DNA of 64,000 nucleotides, from NCBI GenBank assembly GCA_021205695.1, contig JAJPXB010000029.1, forward strand, positions 5,582 to 69,581. The letters are read 5' to 3'. Origin of the DNA: Clostridiales bacterium (GTDB lineage Bacteria > Bacillota > Clostridia > Oscillospirales > Oscillospiraceae). Positions 10,231 through 19,015 of this stretch are shown one piece after another. Both the position numbers and the translations under genes were made by a program. Under the pieces are notes generated by a model. That model was not told where the DNA came from. It saw nothing but the letters and a program-made list of their open reading frames with translations, and searched no databases. Position 1 is the stretch's first letter; the number at the start of each line of letters is the position of its first letter.

Positions 10231-10269
10231 AGCGAGCGCCCCCTTTCCTGTCCAGACTGCCCCGGCGGG

Positions 10270-10968
10270 TCATTTGTTCGCCGCAAAATAGTATCCCACG
10301 CCCCACTTGGTGAGGATATACTGGGGAGAGGCGGGCACCAGCTCCACCTTTTCCCGCAGCCGCCGGATGTGAACGTCCACCGTCCGATAGTCCCCCTGGT
10401 ACTCATAGCCCCAGACCTGATCCAGCAGCTTCTCCCGGCTGAACACCCGGCCGGGATGGCTCATCAGCAGCTCCAGCAGGTCGAACTCCTTGGCGGTCAG
10501 CTCCACCGAGAGGCCCTCCCGCTGCACGTCCCGGGAGACTCTGTCCAGGACGATGTGCCCGGCGGTGATGGTATCCTCCGGGTCATGGTAGCGGCCTCCC
10601 GTCCCGTTTCCGGAGGAGCGGCGAAGGAGGGCCTTGACCCGGGCCTTCAGCTCCAGCACATTAAAGGGCTTGGTCACATAGTCGTCCGCGCCGCACTCGA
10701 AGCCCATGATCTTATCCATGTCCTCTCCCTTGGCGGTGAGCATGATGACCGGCACGTCGGAGAACTCCCGTATCTGTATGCAGGCGTCCATCCCGCTCAT
10801 CCCCGGCATCATCACGTCCATCAGGATCAGGTCGGGCCGCTCCTGCCGGGCCAGCTCCACCGCCTGCTGTCCGTTGTATCCGGCCACCACCTGGTAGCCC
10901 TCGTTTTCCAGATTGAACCGCAGGCCCTTCACCAGCACCCGCTCATCGTCTACGATCAGTATTTTCAT
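10270..10968 (-). CDS. OmpR/PhoB-family response regulator
   Basis: The real start is the internal ATG (MKILIVDDE...) at 10968; the 301-aa ORF-track form is over-extended. The receiver shows DLILMDVMMPGMSG. The winged helix shows LTAKEFDLLELL...RTVDVHIRRLREK. Confidence 0.92.
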   Translation of the reverse strand: MKILIVDDERVLVKGLRFNLENEGYQVVAGYNGQQAVELARQERPDLILMDVMMPGMSGMDACIQIREFSDVPVIMLTAKGEDMDKIMGFECGADDYVTKPFNVLELKARVKALLRRSSGNGTGGRYHDPEDTITAGHIVLDRVSRDVQREGLSVELTAKEFDLLELLMSHPGRVFSREKLLDQVWGYEYQGDYRTVDVHIRRLREKVELVPASPQYILTKWGVGYYFAANK

Positions 10969-11924
10969 CCGTTTTCCGTTCCCCGCTCTCTGGCCTCCAG
11001 ATAGGCCTGTGCTTCCTCCCGCGACATCACCCGCTCCGACACCGGAAGATTTTCGTCCCGCTCCACCCCGGCAGAGCGGCCCTCCCGGCCCAGCTGCGCC
11101 CGGTACTCCCGGGCGGAGCAGCCGAACCGCTGGAGGAACATCTTGTTCAGATACCTGCTGTCGGAAAAGCCGCACTCCATGCAGATGTCCAGCAGGCTCA
11201 GCCCCGGATCGCCGATGAGCTGGAGCGCCTTTTCAAATCGGGTGATGTTCAGATAGTCCTGGAAGGTAATATTCAGATTGTCCCGCAAGAAATGAGACAG
11301 GTAGGCGGTGGTGACGCCCTCGGCCCGGGCCAGGTCGGACAGCCGGAGCTGCTCATAGTAGTGCTCCTCGATATAGCCGGTGATCCGATCCAGCCGATCC
11401 GCCTTTTTCTTTCGGGAGGAGTACTCCGAGTCGCTGATGGTGTGATAGGGCAGCCGGAGCAGCAGATCCCGGAACAGCAGACACACCTGGGCCACGCAGT
11501 ACAGGGGGCTGTACGGCTCCCCGCTCCAGAAGGAGCGGGCGGTGTCCGCCATCCGCCGGGCCAGCACCGCCAGCACCGGGGCGCTGACCGCCTCGCTGAC
11601 CCGCACCTGTTCAAATTCCACCCGGCGCAGAGTGGGCATATAGTCCCCGCAGAAGTGAACGGCGGCCTGGACGATCAGGATCTTTACCGGCTGAGAGGTC
11701 AGGCTGGTGATCTCGTGGGACTGATTGGGGTTAAACAGCAGCAGATCCCCCGGCCCCACCTGAAAGGCGTCCTCCTTCAGGCGGATGCGCGCGCTGCCCT
11801 CCAGCACCAGCCCCAGCTCCCAGGCCCGGTGGATGTGGGCGTTCCGGAAGCTGATGCAGTTAATGAAGCACTGCAAATGCCGCATGGTCTCATAGTGGAT
11901 CAGCTCATACTCGCTCTGTCCCAT
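10965..11924 (-). CDS. AraC-family transcriptional regulator (cupin + HTH_18)
   Basis: 319 aa. An N-terminal cupin-like domain is followed by the AraC HTH (LSDLARAEGVTTAYLSHFLRDNLNITFQDY). The stop overlaps the response-regulator ATG by 4 nt. Confidence 0.88.
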   Translation of the reverse strand: MGQSEYELIHYETMRHLQCFINCISFRNAHIHRAWELGLVLEGSARIRLKEDAFQVGPGDLLLFNPNQSHEITSLTSQPVKILIVQAAVHFCGDYMPTLRRVEFEQVRVSEAVSAPVLAVLARRMADTARSFWSGEPYSPLYCVAQVCLLFRDLLLRLPYHTISDSEYSSRKKKADRLDRITGYIEEHYYEQLRLSDLARAEGVTTAYLSHFLRDNLNITFQDYLNITRFEKALQLIGDPGLSLLDICMECGFSDSRYLNKMFLQRFGCSAREYRAQLGREGRSAGVERDENLPVSERVMSREEAQAYLEARERGTENG

Positions 11925-12047
11925 AAGCCCGGCCTCCTGTCATCTTTTCCCCATCATACCATAAGTAGCACGGAAAGACAAGGAACCGGCAAAGGGAAAA
12001 TCGCAAAATTGTCGGTTTTGGCCTGTCCGGGGCATACGGGAAACCGA

Positions 12048-12076
12048 TTGCCATTTTCTCCGGAACATGGTATGAT
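12048..12076 (+). promoter_or_regulatory. Sigma-70-type promoter (extended -10)
   Basis: TTGCCA (12048-12053), a 17-nt spacer, then TATGAT (12071-12076) preceded by TGG. It lies about 35 nt upstream of the 12112 ORF. Confidence 0.45.
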
Positions 12077-12111
12077 AGCGACAGAAAAGCTGTTCCGACC
12101 CGGACCGGCAT

Positions 12112-12855
12112 ATGGAGGTGAGCGCCGTGGAGCTGATCGGGCTGATAAAAAGCAATGCCCGCCTGGCCTTTGGCGTCGCCTGCCTGGCTCTGGCGCTGAT
12201 TCTGCTCCTGGCATGGGGGCTGATCCGGCTGCGTCAGACGCTCCGGAAGCGGAAACGGCCCGACCTCCGGCAGCAGGGCGGCGGGGATGCCTACCATGGC
12301 GAGCACTCCAACCTCCGCCGCACCGCCCCCCTCACGGAGCGGGAGAGCCACTATACCGGCGGACGGCACAGGAGACAGGGTCGAACGCCCCTCCCCTACT
12401 CCGACATCCCCAGCTACAGACACGGCAGGGTCGGCGGGCGCGCCGCCCGCCCCATCTCCTTCTGGAACCCTGCCTACACCGGCAGAAGGGGCGACGTGTG
12501 GAACCATCCCCAGGTGCGGGCCGTGACCCTGGCGCTGCTGGCGGTCATCCTCGCCGCTGTCTACGCGGTCACCCGATACCTCCTCCCCGACCTCGCCACC
12601 CCGGCCTGGGCAGCGGGGGGCCTGTTCTGGCTGGCGGCAGCGGTCATCCTACTACCGGTGCTGTGGGGAAAGGCGGTATTCTCCCTCATCGCCCTGGCGG
12701 GCTATCTGGCGGGGCTGGCCCTGGGGGAGCTTCTCGGGGACGGGCTCTCCCCGGCAACGGGGGCGCCCGGCGGCGGGATCGTCCTGACCGCCGTATTCCT
12801 CCTGGCCTGCGCTCTGGGGGCAGTGGTGCAGCGGCGCCTGTCGTCAGAGCGCTGA
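12112..12855 (+). CDS. Hypothetical membrane protein
   Basis: 247 aa with strong GC3 bias. An N-terminal TM helix and an Arg/Gly-rich linker are followed by 3-4 C-terminal TM helices. I recognise no family. A GTG at 12127 is an alternative start. Confidence 0.6.
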   Translation: MEVSAVELIGLIKSNARLAFGVACLALALILLLAWGLIRLRQTLRKRKRPDLRQQGGGDAYHGEHSNLRRTAPLTERESHYTGGRHRRQGRTPLPYSDIPSYRHGRVGGRAARPISFWNPAYTGRRGDVWNHPQVRAVTLALLAVILAAVYAVTRYLLPDLATPAWAAGGLFWLAAAVILLPVLWGKAVFSLIALAGYLAGLALGELLGDGLSPATGAPGGGIVLTAVFLLACALGAVVQRRLSSER

Positions 12856-12923
12856 GCGGAGAAAAAGGCACCTGCGGGGCAGCCCTGTGTACGACTACCG
12901 ACCACAGCAAAAGGAGACTGACC

Positions 12924-13679
12924 ATGCATCTCATATCCTGGAACGTCAACGGCCTGCGGGCCTGTATCAAAAAGGGCTTCGAGGAGAGCTTTGCCGCCCT
13001 GGACGGGGACATCTTCTGCCTCCAGGAGACCAAGCTCCAGCCGGGCCAGGTGGAGTTAAATCTCCCCGGGTACCGGCAGTACTGGAACAGCGCAGAGAAA
13101 AAGGGCTACTCCGGCACGGCGGTCTTTTCCCGTCTGGAGCCCCTGCGCGTGACCTATGGCATGGGTATCGGGGCCCACGACCACGAGGGACGGCTCATCA
13201 CCCTGGAGTTCCCCCGGTTCTACCTCGTCTGCTGCTACACCCCCAACGCCCAGGACGGCCTGCGGCGCATCGATTACCGGATGCAATGGGAGGACGACCT
13301 CCAGGCCTATCTGATGGAGCTGGACGGGAAAAAGCCGGTGGTGTACACCGGCGACCTGAATGTGGCCCATGAGGAGATCGACCTGAAAAACCCGGGCCCC
13401 AACCGGGGCAACGCCGGCTTCTCCGACCAGGAGCGGGGGAAGATGACCGCGCTCCTGTCCTCCGGCTTTACCGACACCTTCCGCTATCTCTACCCTGACC
13501 GGACGGGGGCCTATTCCTGGTGGAGCTACCGGTTCCACGCCCGGGAGAACAACGCGGGATGGCGTATCGACTACTTCATCGTCTCCGACCGCCTTCGGGC
13601 GCAGATACAGGCGGCGGAGATCTACAGCGAGATCTATGGGAGCGACCACTGCCCGGTGGGTCTGGAGCTGACGCTGTGA
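12924..13679 (+). CDS. xth: Exodeoxyribonuclease III
   Basis: The true start is ATG 12924 (MHLISWNVNGLRA) after AAGGAG; the 795-aa track ORF is over-extended. Motifs CLQETK and SDHCPV are present. Confidence 0.93.
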   Translation: MHLISWNVNGLRACIKKGFEESFAALDGDIFCLQETKLQPGQVELNLPGYRQYWNSAEKKGYSGTAVFSRLEPLRVTYGMGIGAHDHEGRLITLEFPRFYLVCCYTPNAQDGLRRIDYRMQWEDDLQAYLMELDGKKPVVYTGDLNVAHEEIDLKNPGPNRGNAGFSDQERGKMTALLSSGFTDTFRYLYPDRTGAYSWWSYRFHARENNAGWRIDYFIVSDRLRAQIQAAEIYSEIYGSDHCPVGLELTL

Positions 13680-14506
13680 GGGGCGGAAAGCGGGTACTGT
13701 CCCTCCAGGACCTCTCCTGTGTGGGACAGTGCTCCCTGACGGCGGCCCTCCCGGTGCTCTCCGCCTGTGGGGTGGAGTGCTGCGTGCTGCCCACGGCCGT
13801 CCTCTCCACCCACACCGGGCCGGAATTTGCCCCGCCGGTGGTTCACAGCCTGGCGGATGTCCTCCCGGCAGTCTGGGAGAGCTGGATGGACCAGGGCTTC
13901 ACCTTTGACGCCCTGGCATTGGGTTATCTGGGGACGGGGGCAACGGACTTCGCCGCCTGTGCGGTGGACGATCTCCGGGGCAGCGCCCTTATCCTCGTCG
14001 ACCCGGCCATGGGGGACACCGGGCGGTTCTACTCCGGCTTCGGCCCGGATCATGCCGCCCGGATGGCGGCCCTCTGCGCCCGTGCGGACGTTATCCTCCC
14101 CAATCTGACCGAGGGCTGTCTCCTGCTGGGAGAGCCTGTGCCGGAGCGATATGAGGAGGACTTCTGCCTGCGACTGGCCCGGCGGCTGGGGGACCTGGGC
14201 CCCAAAGCGGTGGTGCTCACCGGGCTGGACTGCGTCCCCGGCCAGGTGACCAACCTGATCTATCGGACCGGAGAGGGGAGCGCGGCCTTTCAGAGCCGGC
14301 CCCGTCTGCCGGGACGGTTCCACGGGACGGGGGATCTGTTTGCCGCCGCCCTTCTGGGGCGGCTGATGGGGGGAGCCTCTCTGGAGCAGGCGGCGGAGAC
14401 CGCCGGGGATTTCGTCGCCGCCGCCATCCACCGCACCGGCCCGGAGCACCCCTACGGGGTGCGGTTCGAGGGATGCTTGGGAATGCTGACAGATCGTGAG
14501 CGGTGA
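13676..14506 (+). CDS. pdxK: Pyridoxamine/pyridoxal kinase
   Basis: The GTG start at 13676 overlaps the xth stop. The N-terminus VLSLQDLSCVGQCSLTAALPVLSACG is typical of PdxK/PdxY-type ribokinase-fold kinases. About 276 aa. Confidence 0.75.
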   Translation: MRGGKRVLSLQDLSCVGQCSLTAALPVLSACGVECCVLPTAVLSTHTGPEFAPPVVHSLADVLPAVWESWMDQGFTFDALALGYLGTGATDFAACAVDDLRGSALILVDPAMGDTGRFYSGFGPDHAARMAALCARADVILPNLTEGCLLLGEPVPERYEEDFCLRLARRLGDLGPKAVVLTGLDCVPGQVTNLIYRTGEGSAAFQSRPRLPGRFHGTGDLFAAALLGRLMGGASLEQAAETAGDFVAAAIHRTGPEHPYGVRFEGCLGMLTDRER

Positions 14507-14533
14507 GACGCGGCTGGCGCGTGACGGGAACGC

Positions 14534-14562
14534 TTGCCAAGAATGACAGAATCAGGTATACT
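14534..14562 (+). promoter_or_regulatory. Sigma-70-type promoter upstream of gltX
   Basis: TTGCCA (14534-14539), a 17-nt spacer, then TATACT (14557-14562). It lies about 60 nt upstream of the gltX ATG. Confidence 0.5.
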
Positions 14563-14621
14563 GAGAAAAATGCCGTCTGCCCCGAAGACGGGGATAAGAT
14601 GCACTTGAGGAGGCCGTTGCT

Positions 14622-16121
14622 ATGGCACTTGACTATGAATGGTTCCGGCAAATGGAGGATCGCATCCCCAAGGGGGAGGTGCGCACCCGGTTCGCCCCGT
14701 CCCCGACGGGGTATATGCATGTGGGCAACCTCCGCACCGCCCTGTACACCTGGCTGATCGCCCGGCACGCCGGGGGGAAATTCCTCCTGCGCATCGAGGA
14801 CACCGATCAGACCCGGAAGGTGGAGGGGGCCGTGGAGGTCATCAACCGCACCCTGGCCCAGTGCGGCCTGAACCACGACGAGGGCCCGGACGTGGGCGGC
14901 CCGGTGGGGCCATATATCCAGACTGGGCGCCAGGAGCTGTACGGGAAATACGCCGAGCTGCTGCTGGAGCGGGGCGGGGCGTACCGCTGCTTCTGCGAAA
15001 AGACGGACGAGGCGGAGGTCCACGGCGCGGCCCTGGGCAAGAACGCCCTGAAACACGAGTGCCCCTATCGGGACATCTCCCGGGAGGCCTCCGACGCCCT
15101 GGCCGCCCAGGGAAAGCCCTATGTCATCCGGCAGAAGATCGAACCGGGGATCACCAGCTTCGACGATGTGATCTTCGGGAAGATCACGGTGGACAACAGC
15201 GACCTGGACGAAGGGGTCATGGTCAAGAGCGACGGCCTGCCCACCTATAACTTCGCCAACGTCATCGACGACCACCTCATGGGCATTACCCATGTGGTGC
15301 GGGGCAACGAGTATCTGGCCTCCGCCCCCAAGTACAACCTGCTCTATCAGGCCTTCGGCTGGGAGGTGCCCACCTATATCCACTGCGCTCCGGTGATGCG
15401 GGACGAGCAGCACAAGATGTCCAAACGCCACGGAGACCCCTCCTACGAGGATCTGCTGGCGGAGGGATATCTGTCCCAGGCGATTGTGAACTATGTGGCG
15501 CTGCTGGGCTGGGCTCCGGAGGGGGAGGAGGAGATCTTCTCCCTGGAGGAGCTGGTGAAGGTGTTCGACATCAGCCGCATCTCCAAGTCCCCGGCCATCT
15601 TTGACAAGGACAAGCTGACCCACTTCAACGAGGTCTATCTCCGGGCCATGTCCCCGGAGGACTTCGCCGCCGTGGCGGAGCCCTATATCCGCCAGAGCGT
15701 CCGGGACAGGGACATCGACCCGGCGAAGATCGCCACCACCCTCCAGGCCCGGTGCAAGGTGCTCACCGACATCCCGGCCCAGGTGGACTTTTACGACACC
15801 CTGCCCCCCTATGACCTGGAGCTGTTTGTGAACAAGAAGTCCAAAAGCACCATGGAGAGCGCTCTGGAGCTGCTCCAGGCCGTGCTGCCCCGCCTTCGGG
15901 AGATCAAGTCCTGGGAGCCGGAGAGCATCAAGCAGGCCATGACCGCTCTGGCGGAGGAGCGGGAGGTGAAAAACGCCAAGGTCATGTGGCCGGTGCGCAT
16001 CGCGCTGGCGGGCAAGACGGTCACGCCCGGCGGCGCGCCGGAGATCGCCTGGATCTTGGGCCAGAACCGCTCCCTGGCCCGGCTGGAAAAGGCAGTCCAG
16101 CGGCTCAAGGCAGTGGAATAG
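14622..16121 (+). CDS. gltX: Glutamate--tRNA ligase
   Basis: 499 aa. The class I signatures HVGNLRTALY (HIGH) and KMSKR (KMSKS) are present. Confidence 0.95.
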   Translation: MALDYEWFRQMEDRIPKGEVRTRFAPSPTGYMHVGNLRTALYTWLIARHAGGKFLLRIEDTDQTRKVEGAVEVINRTLAQCGLNHDEGPDVGGPVGPYIQTGRQELYGKYAELLLERGGAYRCFCEKTDEAEVHGAALGKNALKHECPYRDISREASDALAAQGKPYVIRQKIEPGITSFDDVIFGKITVDNSDLDEGVMVKSDGLPTYNFANVIDDHLMGITHVVRGNEYLASAPKYNLLYQAFGWEVPTYIHCAPVMRDEQHKMSKRHGDPSYEDLLAEGYLSQAIVNYVALLGWAPEGEEEIFSLEELVKVFDISRISKSPAIFDKDKLTHFNEVYLRAMSPEDFAAVAEPYIRQSVRDRDIDPAKIATTLQARCKVLTDIPAQVDFYDTLPPYDLELFVNKKSKSTMESALELLQAVLPRLREIKSWEPESIKQAMTALAEEREVKNAKVMWPVRIALAGKTVTPGGAPEIAWILGQNRSLARLEKAVQRLKAVE

Positions 16122-16180
16122 AGCCAAAACGCGCATACGCCTCCCCAACCGGCCATAGGCTGAGATGGGGAGGCGATGCC

Positions 16181-16588
16181 ATGTCGTCACGGGTGAGAGA
16201 GGAAAACCGGAGCGGCCGTCGGGTCAGGCCCTCCGGTAGCAGCCGGTCAGAGAAAGTACGAAAGAGGGACCGGACAGCGGGGCGATTTCTCCGGCAGCTG
16301 GGGGCTGCGCTGCTGATCTTCGCCCTGTGGATGGGCGTGCGCCAGGCGTTGCCGGAGCAGGCGACGGTCTGGGCGGATACGCTGGACCGTCTGCTCACCG
16401 GGACTGCCGACTTGCGGGAGGCCTTTGCCCAGCTGGGAGAGGATCTGAGCCGGGGCGAGGGCGTGGCCGTGGCAGTGGGCAACTGGTGCGAGACGGTGTT
16501 TCTGCCGAAGGACGCCGGGGAGACAGAGGAGATGGATGAGGCGGACGTGCTGCCGGAGGCGCAGCTTGAGGACGGCGGCACGGCCTAG
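16181..16588 (+). CDS. Hypothetical single-pass membrane protein (upstream partner of the M50 protease)
   Basis: An in-frame ATG at 16181 (MSSRVREENRSG...) opens a basic N-terminus. One TM helix (LGAALLIFALWMGV) and an acidic tail follow. GC3 is strong. The track ORF 15986.. overlaps gltX and is over-extended. Confidence 0.55.
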   Translation: MSSRVREENRSGRRVRPSGSSRSEKVRKRDRTAGRFLRQLGAALLIFALWMGVRQALPEQATVWADTLDRLLTGTADLREAFAQLGEDLSRGEGVAVAVGNWCETVFLPKDAGETEEMDEADVLPEAQLEDGGTA

Positions 16589-17156
16589 GACAGGACAGCG
16601 GCTCGCTGTTCGGGCCACTCCCGGCTTTTGGGTGGTGCTGGCGCTGCTGGTGATGACGGAGGAGGGATACGGGCTGTCCCTCCTGTTTTTTGCCGCCGCA
16701 TTGTGCCACGAGCTGGGACACCTGCTGGCAGCCCGGGCCATGAGGCTTCCGGTGGAGGCACTGACCCTCAGCGCCATGGGCGCGGAGCTGCGCATTGGCC
16801 GGGGCTGCTCCTGGCCGGGGGAGCTGGCACTGACCCTGGCGGGGCCGGGGGTGAATCTGCTGCTGGCCCTGGGGTGCAGCCGGCTCCCCGGGGAGATGTG
16901 GCAGCTCTTTGTCGGGGTGAACGTCATTTTGGCCTGCTTTAACCTGCTGCCGATCCCGCCCCTGGACGGGGGACAGGCGATCCGGCTGGCCCTGGGGCGG
17001 TTGCTCCCGGGCCGGACGGGCTGGCTGGCGGCCCGGATAGTGGCGGATCTGGCCTGTGGGGGAGCCGTTGGGGCGGGGCTGTGGCTGGCCTGGCTGGGCA
17101 ATCCCGCCCTGCTGCTTTTAGGGCTATGGCTGACGATAGGACGGCAGGGGGAGTAA
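16536..17156 (+). CDS. M50-family site-2 metalloprotease (SpoIVFB-like, short form)
   Basis: HELGH is embedded in a TM helix, and the second motif NLLPIPPLDGG is present. About 200 aa with no CBS domain. The start is uncertain; in-frame GTGs near 16620 are alternatives. Confidence 0.8.
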   Translation: MRRTCCRRRSLRTAARPRTGQRLAVRATPGFWVVLALLVMTEEGYGLSLLFFAAALCHELGHLLAARAMRLPVEALTLSAMGAELRIGRGCSWPGELALTLAGPGVNLLLALGCSRLPGEMWQLFVGVNVILACFNLLPIPPLDGGQAIRLALGRLLPGRTGWLAARIVADLACGGAVGAGLWLAWLGNPALLLLGLWLTIGRQGE

Positions 17157-17242
17157 AATCCCCCTTGCAGGGGAACCAAAACGGGGCTAAAATAGGTCAC
17201 ACCACCCTCAGCGGGGAAAACGAAGCGGAAAGAAAGCGAACC

Positions 17243-18673
17243 ATGAACAGAACAGGCAAAGGGACAGGAAGCAACACGGAGAGAGATTTCTCCCAGGGCA
17301 GCATCGGCCGCCACATCCTCCACATCGCCGCGCCCATGACCCTGGCGCAACTCATCAACGTCCTGTATAACATTGTCGACCGGATTTATATCGGCCTGCT
17401 GCCGGAGGATGCCACCAACGCACTGACCGGCCTGGGGGTGGCCTTTCCCATCTGCACCATCGTCATCGCCTTTGCCAATCTGGTGGGCAGCGGCGGGGCG
17501 CCTCTGTTCTCCATCCAGCGGGGCGCCGGAGACGAGGCGGAGGCGGGGCGTATTCTGGACACCTCCTTCGCACTTCTGGCAGGGCTGGGACTGCTGCTGA
17601 GCGGCGTGGGCCTGGCGGTCCGGGAGCCGCTGCTCTACCTCCTGGGGGCCAGCGAGGCCACCTTCGGCTATGCGGACGCGTACATTTCCGTCTATCTCCT
17701 GGGGACGGTGTTCGACATGCTCAGCCTGGGACTGAACTCCTTTATCAACGCCCAGGGCTTCTCCGGCGTCGGAATGCTCACCGTCACCATCGGGGCGGTG
17801 TGCAACCTGATTTTAGACCCCGTTTTTATCTTTCGGCTGGAGATGGGGGTGCAGGGGGCGGCCCTGGCCACCGTGATCTCCCAGGGCCTCTCCGCCCTGT
17901 GGACATTCTCCTTCCTGACGGGAAAGCGAACCCTGGTCAGGCTCCATCCGGATGTCCGCCGGCTCTGGCGGGAGCGGGGCGGCGGGCTCATCCCGCGGGT
18001 GGGGCGGATTTTGTCCCTGGGCCTCTCCGGGTTCATCATGTCCATCACCAACAGCGCCGTGCAGATCGTCTGCAACGTGAATCTGTCCTGGTACGGCGGG
18101 GACCTGTATATCGCCGCCATGACCATCATCAACTCTGTCCGTGAGGTCGTCCAGATGGTGACCTTCGGCATCAGCAACGGCGCACAGCCCATCATCAGCT
18201 ACAATTACGGGGCGCGGAAGTATGACCGGGTGCGGACGGCCATCCGCATCACCGGCGTGGCGCTGCTGGCTTATACCGCCGCGGCCTGGCTGCTGGTCAT
18301 GGCCTTCGCCCCCCAGATGGTTCAGGTGTTCAACCGGGATGAAACGCTGCTGCCTGTGGCGGTTCACTCCATGCACCTCTATTTCTTCGGCTATTTTATG
18401 ATGGCCTTCCAGTTCACCGGACAGTGCGTGTTCCAGGCCCTGGGCCGCTCCCGGCAGGCGGTGTTCTTCTCCCTCCTTCGGAAAGTGTTCATTGTCATCC
18501 CGCTGACCTTCCTGCTGCCGCTGATCGCCGGACTGGGGGCGGACGGCGTGTTCCTGGCGGAGCCTGTCTCCAACTTCATCGGCGGCCTGGCGTGCTTTTT
18601 GACCATGTACTTCACCGTTTACCGCCGCCTGAGCCGGGAGGGAAGTGCGTCCGCCTTGAGAAAAGGGTCTTGA
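17243..18673 (+). CDS. MATE-family efflux transporter
   Basis: The start is ATG 17243 (MNRTGKG...); the track ORF is over-extended. It has 12-TM hydrophobicity and the MATE N-terminus ILHIAAPMTLAQLINVLYNIVDRIYIG. Confidence 0.9.
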   Translation: MNRTGKGTGSNTERDFSQGSIGRHILHIAAPMTLAQLINVLYNIVDRIYIGLLPEDATNALTGLGVAFPICTIVIAFANLVGSGGAPLFSIQRGAGDEAEAGRILDTSFALLAGLGLLLSGVGLAVREPLLYLLGASEATFGYADAYISVYLLGTVFDMLSLGLNSFINAQGFSGVGMLTVTIGAVCNLILDPVFIFRLEMGVQGAALATVISQGLSALWTFSFLTGKRTLVRLHPDVRRLWRERGGGLIPRVGRILSLGLSGFIMSITNSAVQIVCNVNLSWYGGDLYIAAMTIINSVREVVQMVTFGISNGAQPIISYNYGARKYDRVRTAIRITGVALLAYTAAAWLLVMAFAPQMVQVFNRDETLLPVAVHSMHLYFFGYFMMAFQFTGQCVFQALGRSRQAVFFSLLRKVFIVIPLTFLLPLIAGLGADGVFLAEPVSNFIGGLACFLTMYFTVYRRLSREGSASALRKGS

Positions 18674-18698
18674 CAAACGGGGAAAAGCCCGGTAGAAT
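18670..18698 (+). promoter_or_regulatory. Sigma-70-type promoter of the leuA leader
   Basis: TTGACA (18670-18675, overlapping the MATE stop), a 17-nt spacer, then TAGAAT (18693-18698). Confidence 0.55.
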
Positions 18699-18704
18699 AG
18701 CTTC

Positions 18705-18981
18705 AATGCGAACAACGCTGAAGGGAAGAAAGATCGGAATCCCCCATTTCAGAGAGCCGGTGGCTGCTGCGAACCGGTATGCGGCTTCCGATGGATGACT
18801 GTTCCCGGAGTTGGCGGCCTGAACCCCCGGTTGGGGCAGTAGGGGCGTCCGGCTGGCCCCGTTACCGGCCCAGACCTTGTCAGAGGTCCCAGAGGGCGGT
18901 CGTGTGAGCGGCCGCTGAAGCAGGGTGGTACCGTGTATTTTTACACCCCTGACCAATTCGCCTGGTCAGGGGTGTTTTTAT
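18705..18981 (+). promoter_or_regulatory. T-box riboswitch leader (Leu class inferred from leuA context) with intrinsic terminator
   Basis: AGAGAG lies at 18751-18756, followed by GGTGG. The T-box core AGGGTGGTACCGTG is at 18922-18935. The terminator stem ACACCCCTGACCA/TGGTCAGGGGTGT spans 18943-18975 and is followed by a T-run. Confidence 0.85.
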
Positions 18982-19015
18982 TGCCCCTGTCCGGAGCAGC
19001 AGGAGGAATTTCCAT

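Noticed and set aside
8584-11004. 806-aa plus-strand ORF across the kinase/response-regulator genes
   Set aside because: It is antisense to two CDSs with clear catalytic motifs. The sequence is low-complexity Pro/Gly/His/Leu-rich. The same reasoning rejects 14217-16190 (antisense to gltX) and 18941-20725 (antisense to leuA).
11292-12923. Long N-terminal extensions in the ORF track (xth 795 aa; likewise the response regulator, MATE, ylbJ, yigZ, NCS2, pdxK and 27453 starts)
   Set aside because: The extensions overlap neighbouring genes or read as Arg/Pro/Gly-rich filler. In each case an internal ATG or GTG with a Shine-Dalgarno gives a protein of canonical length and N-terminus.
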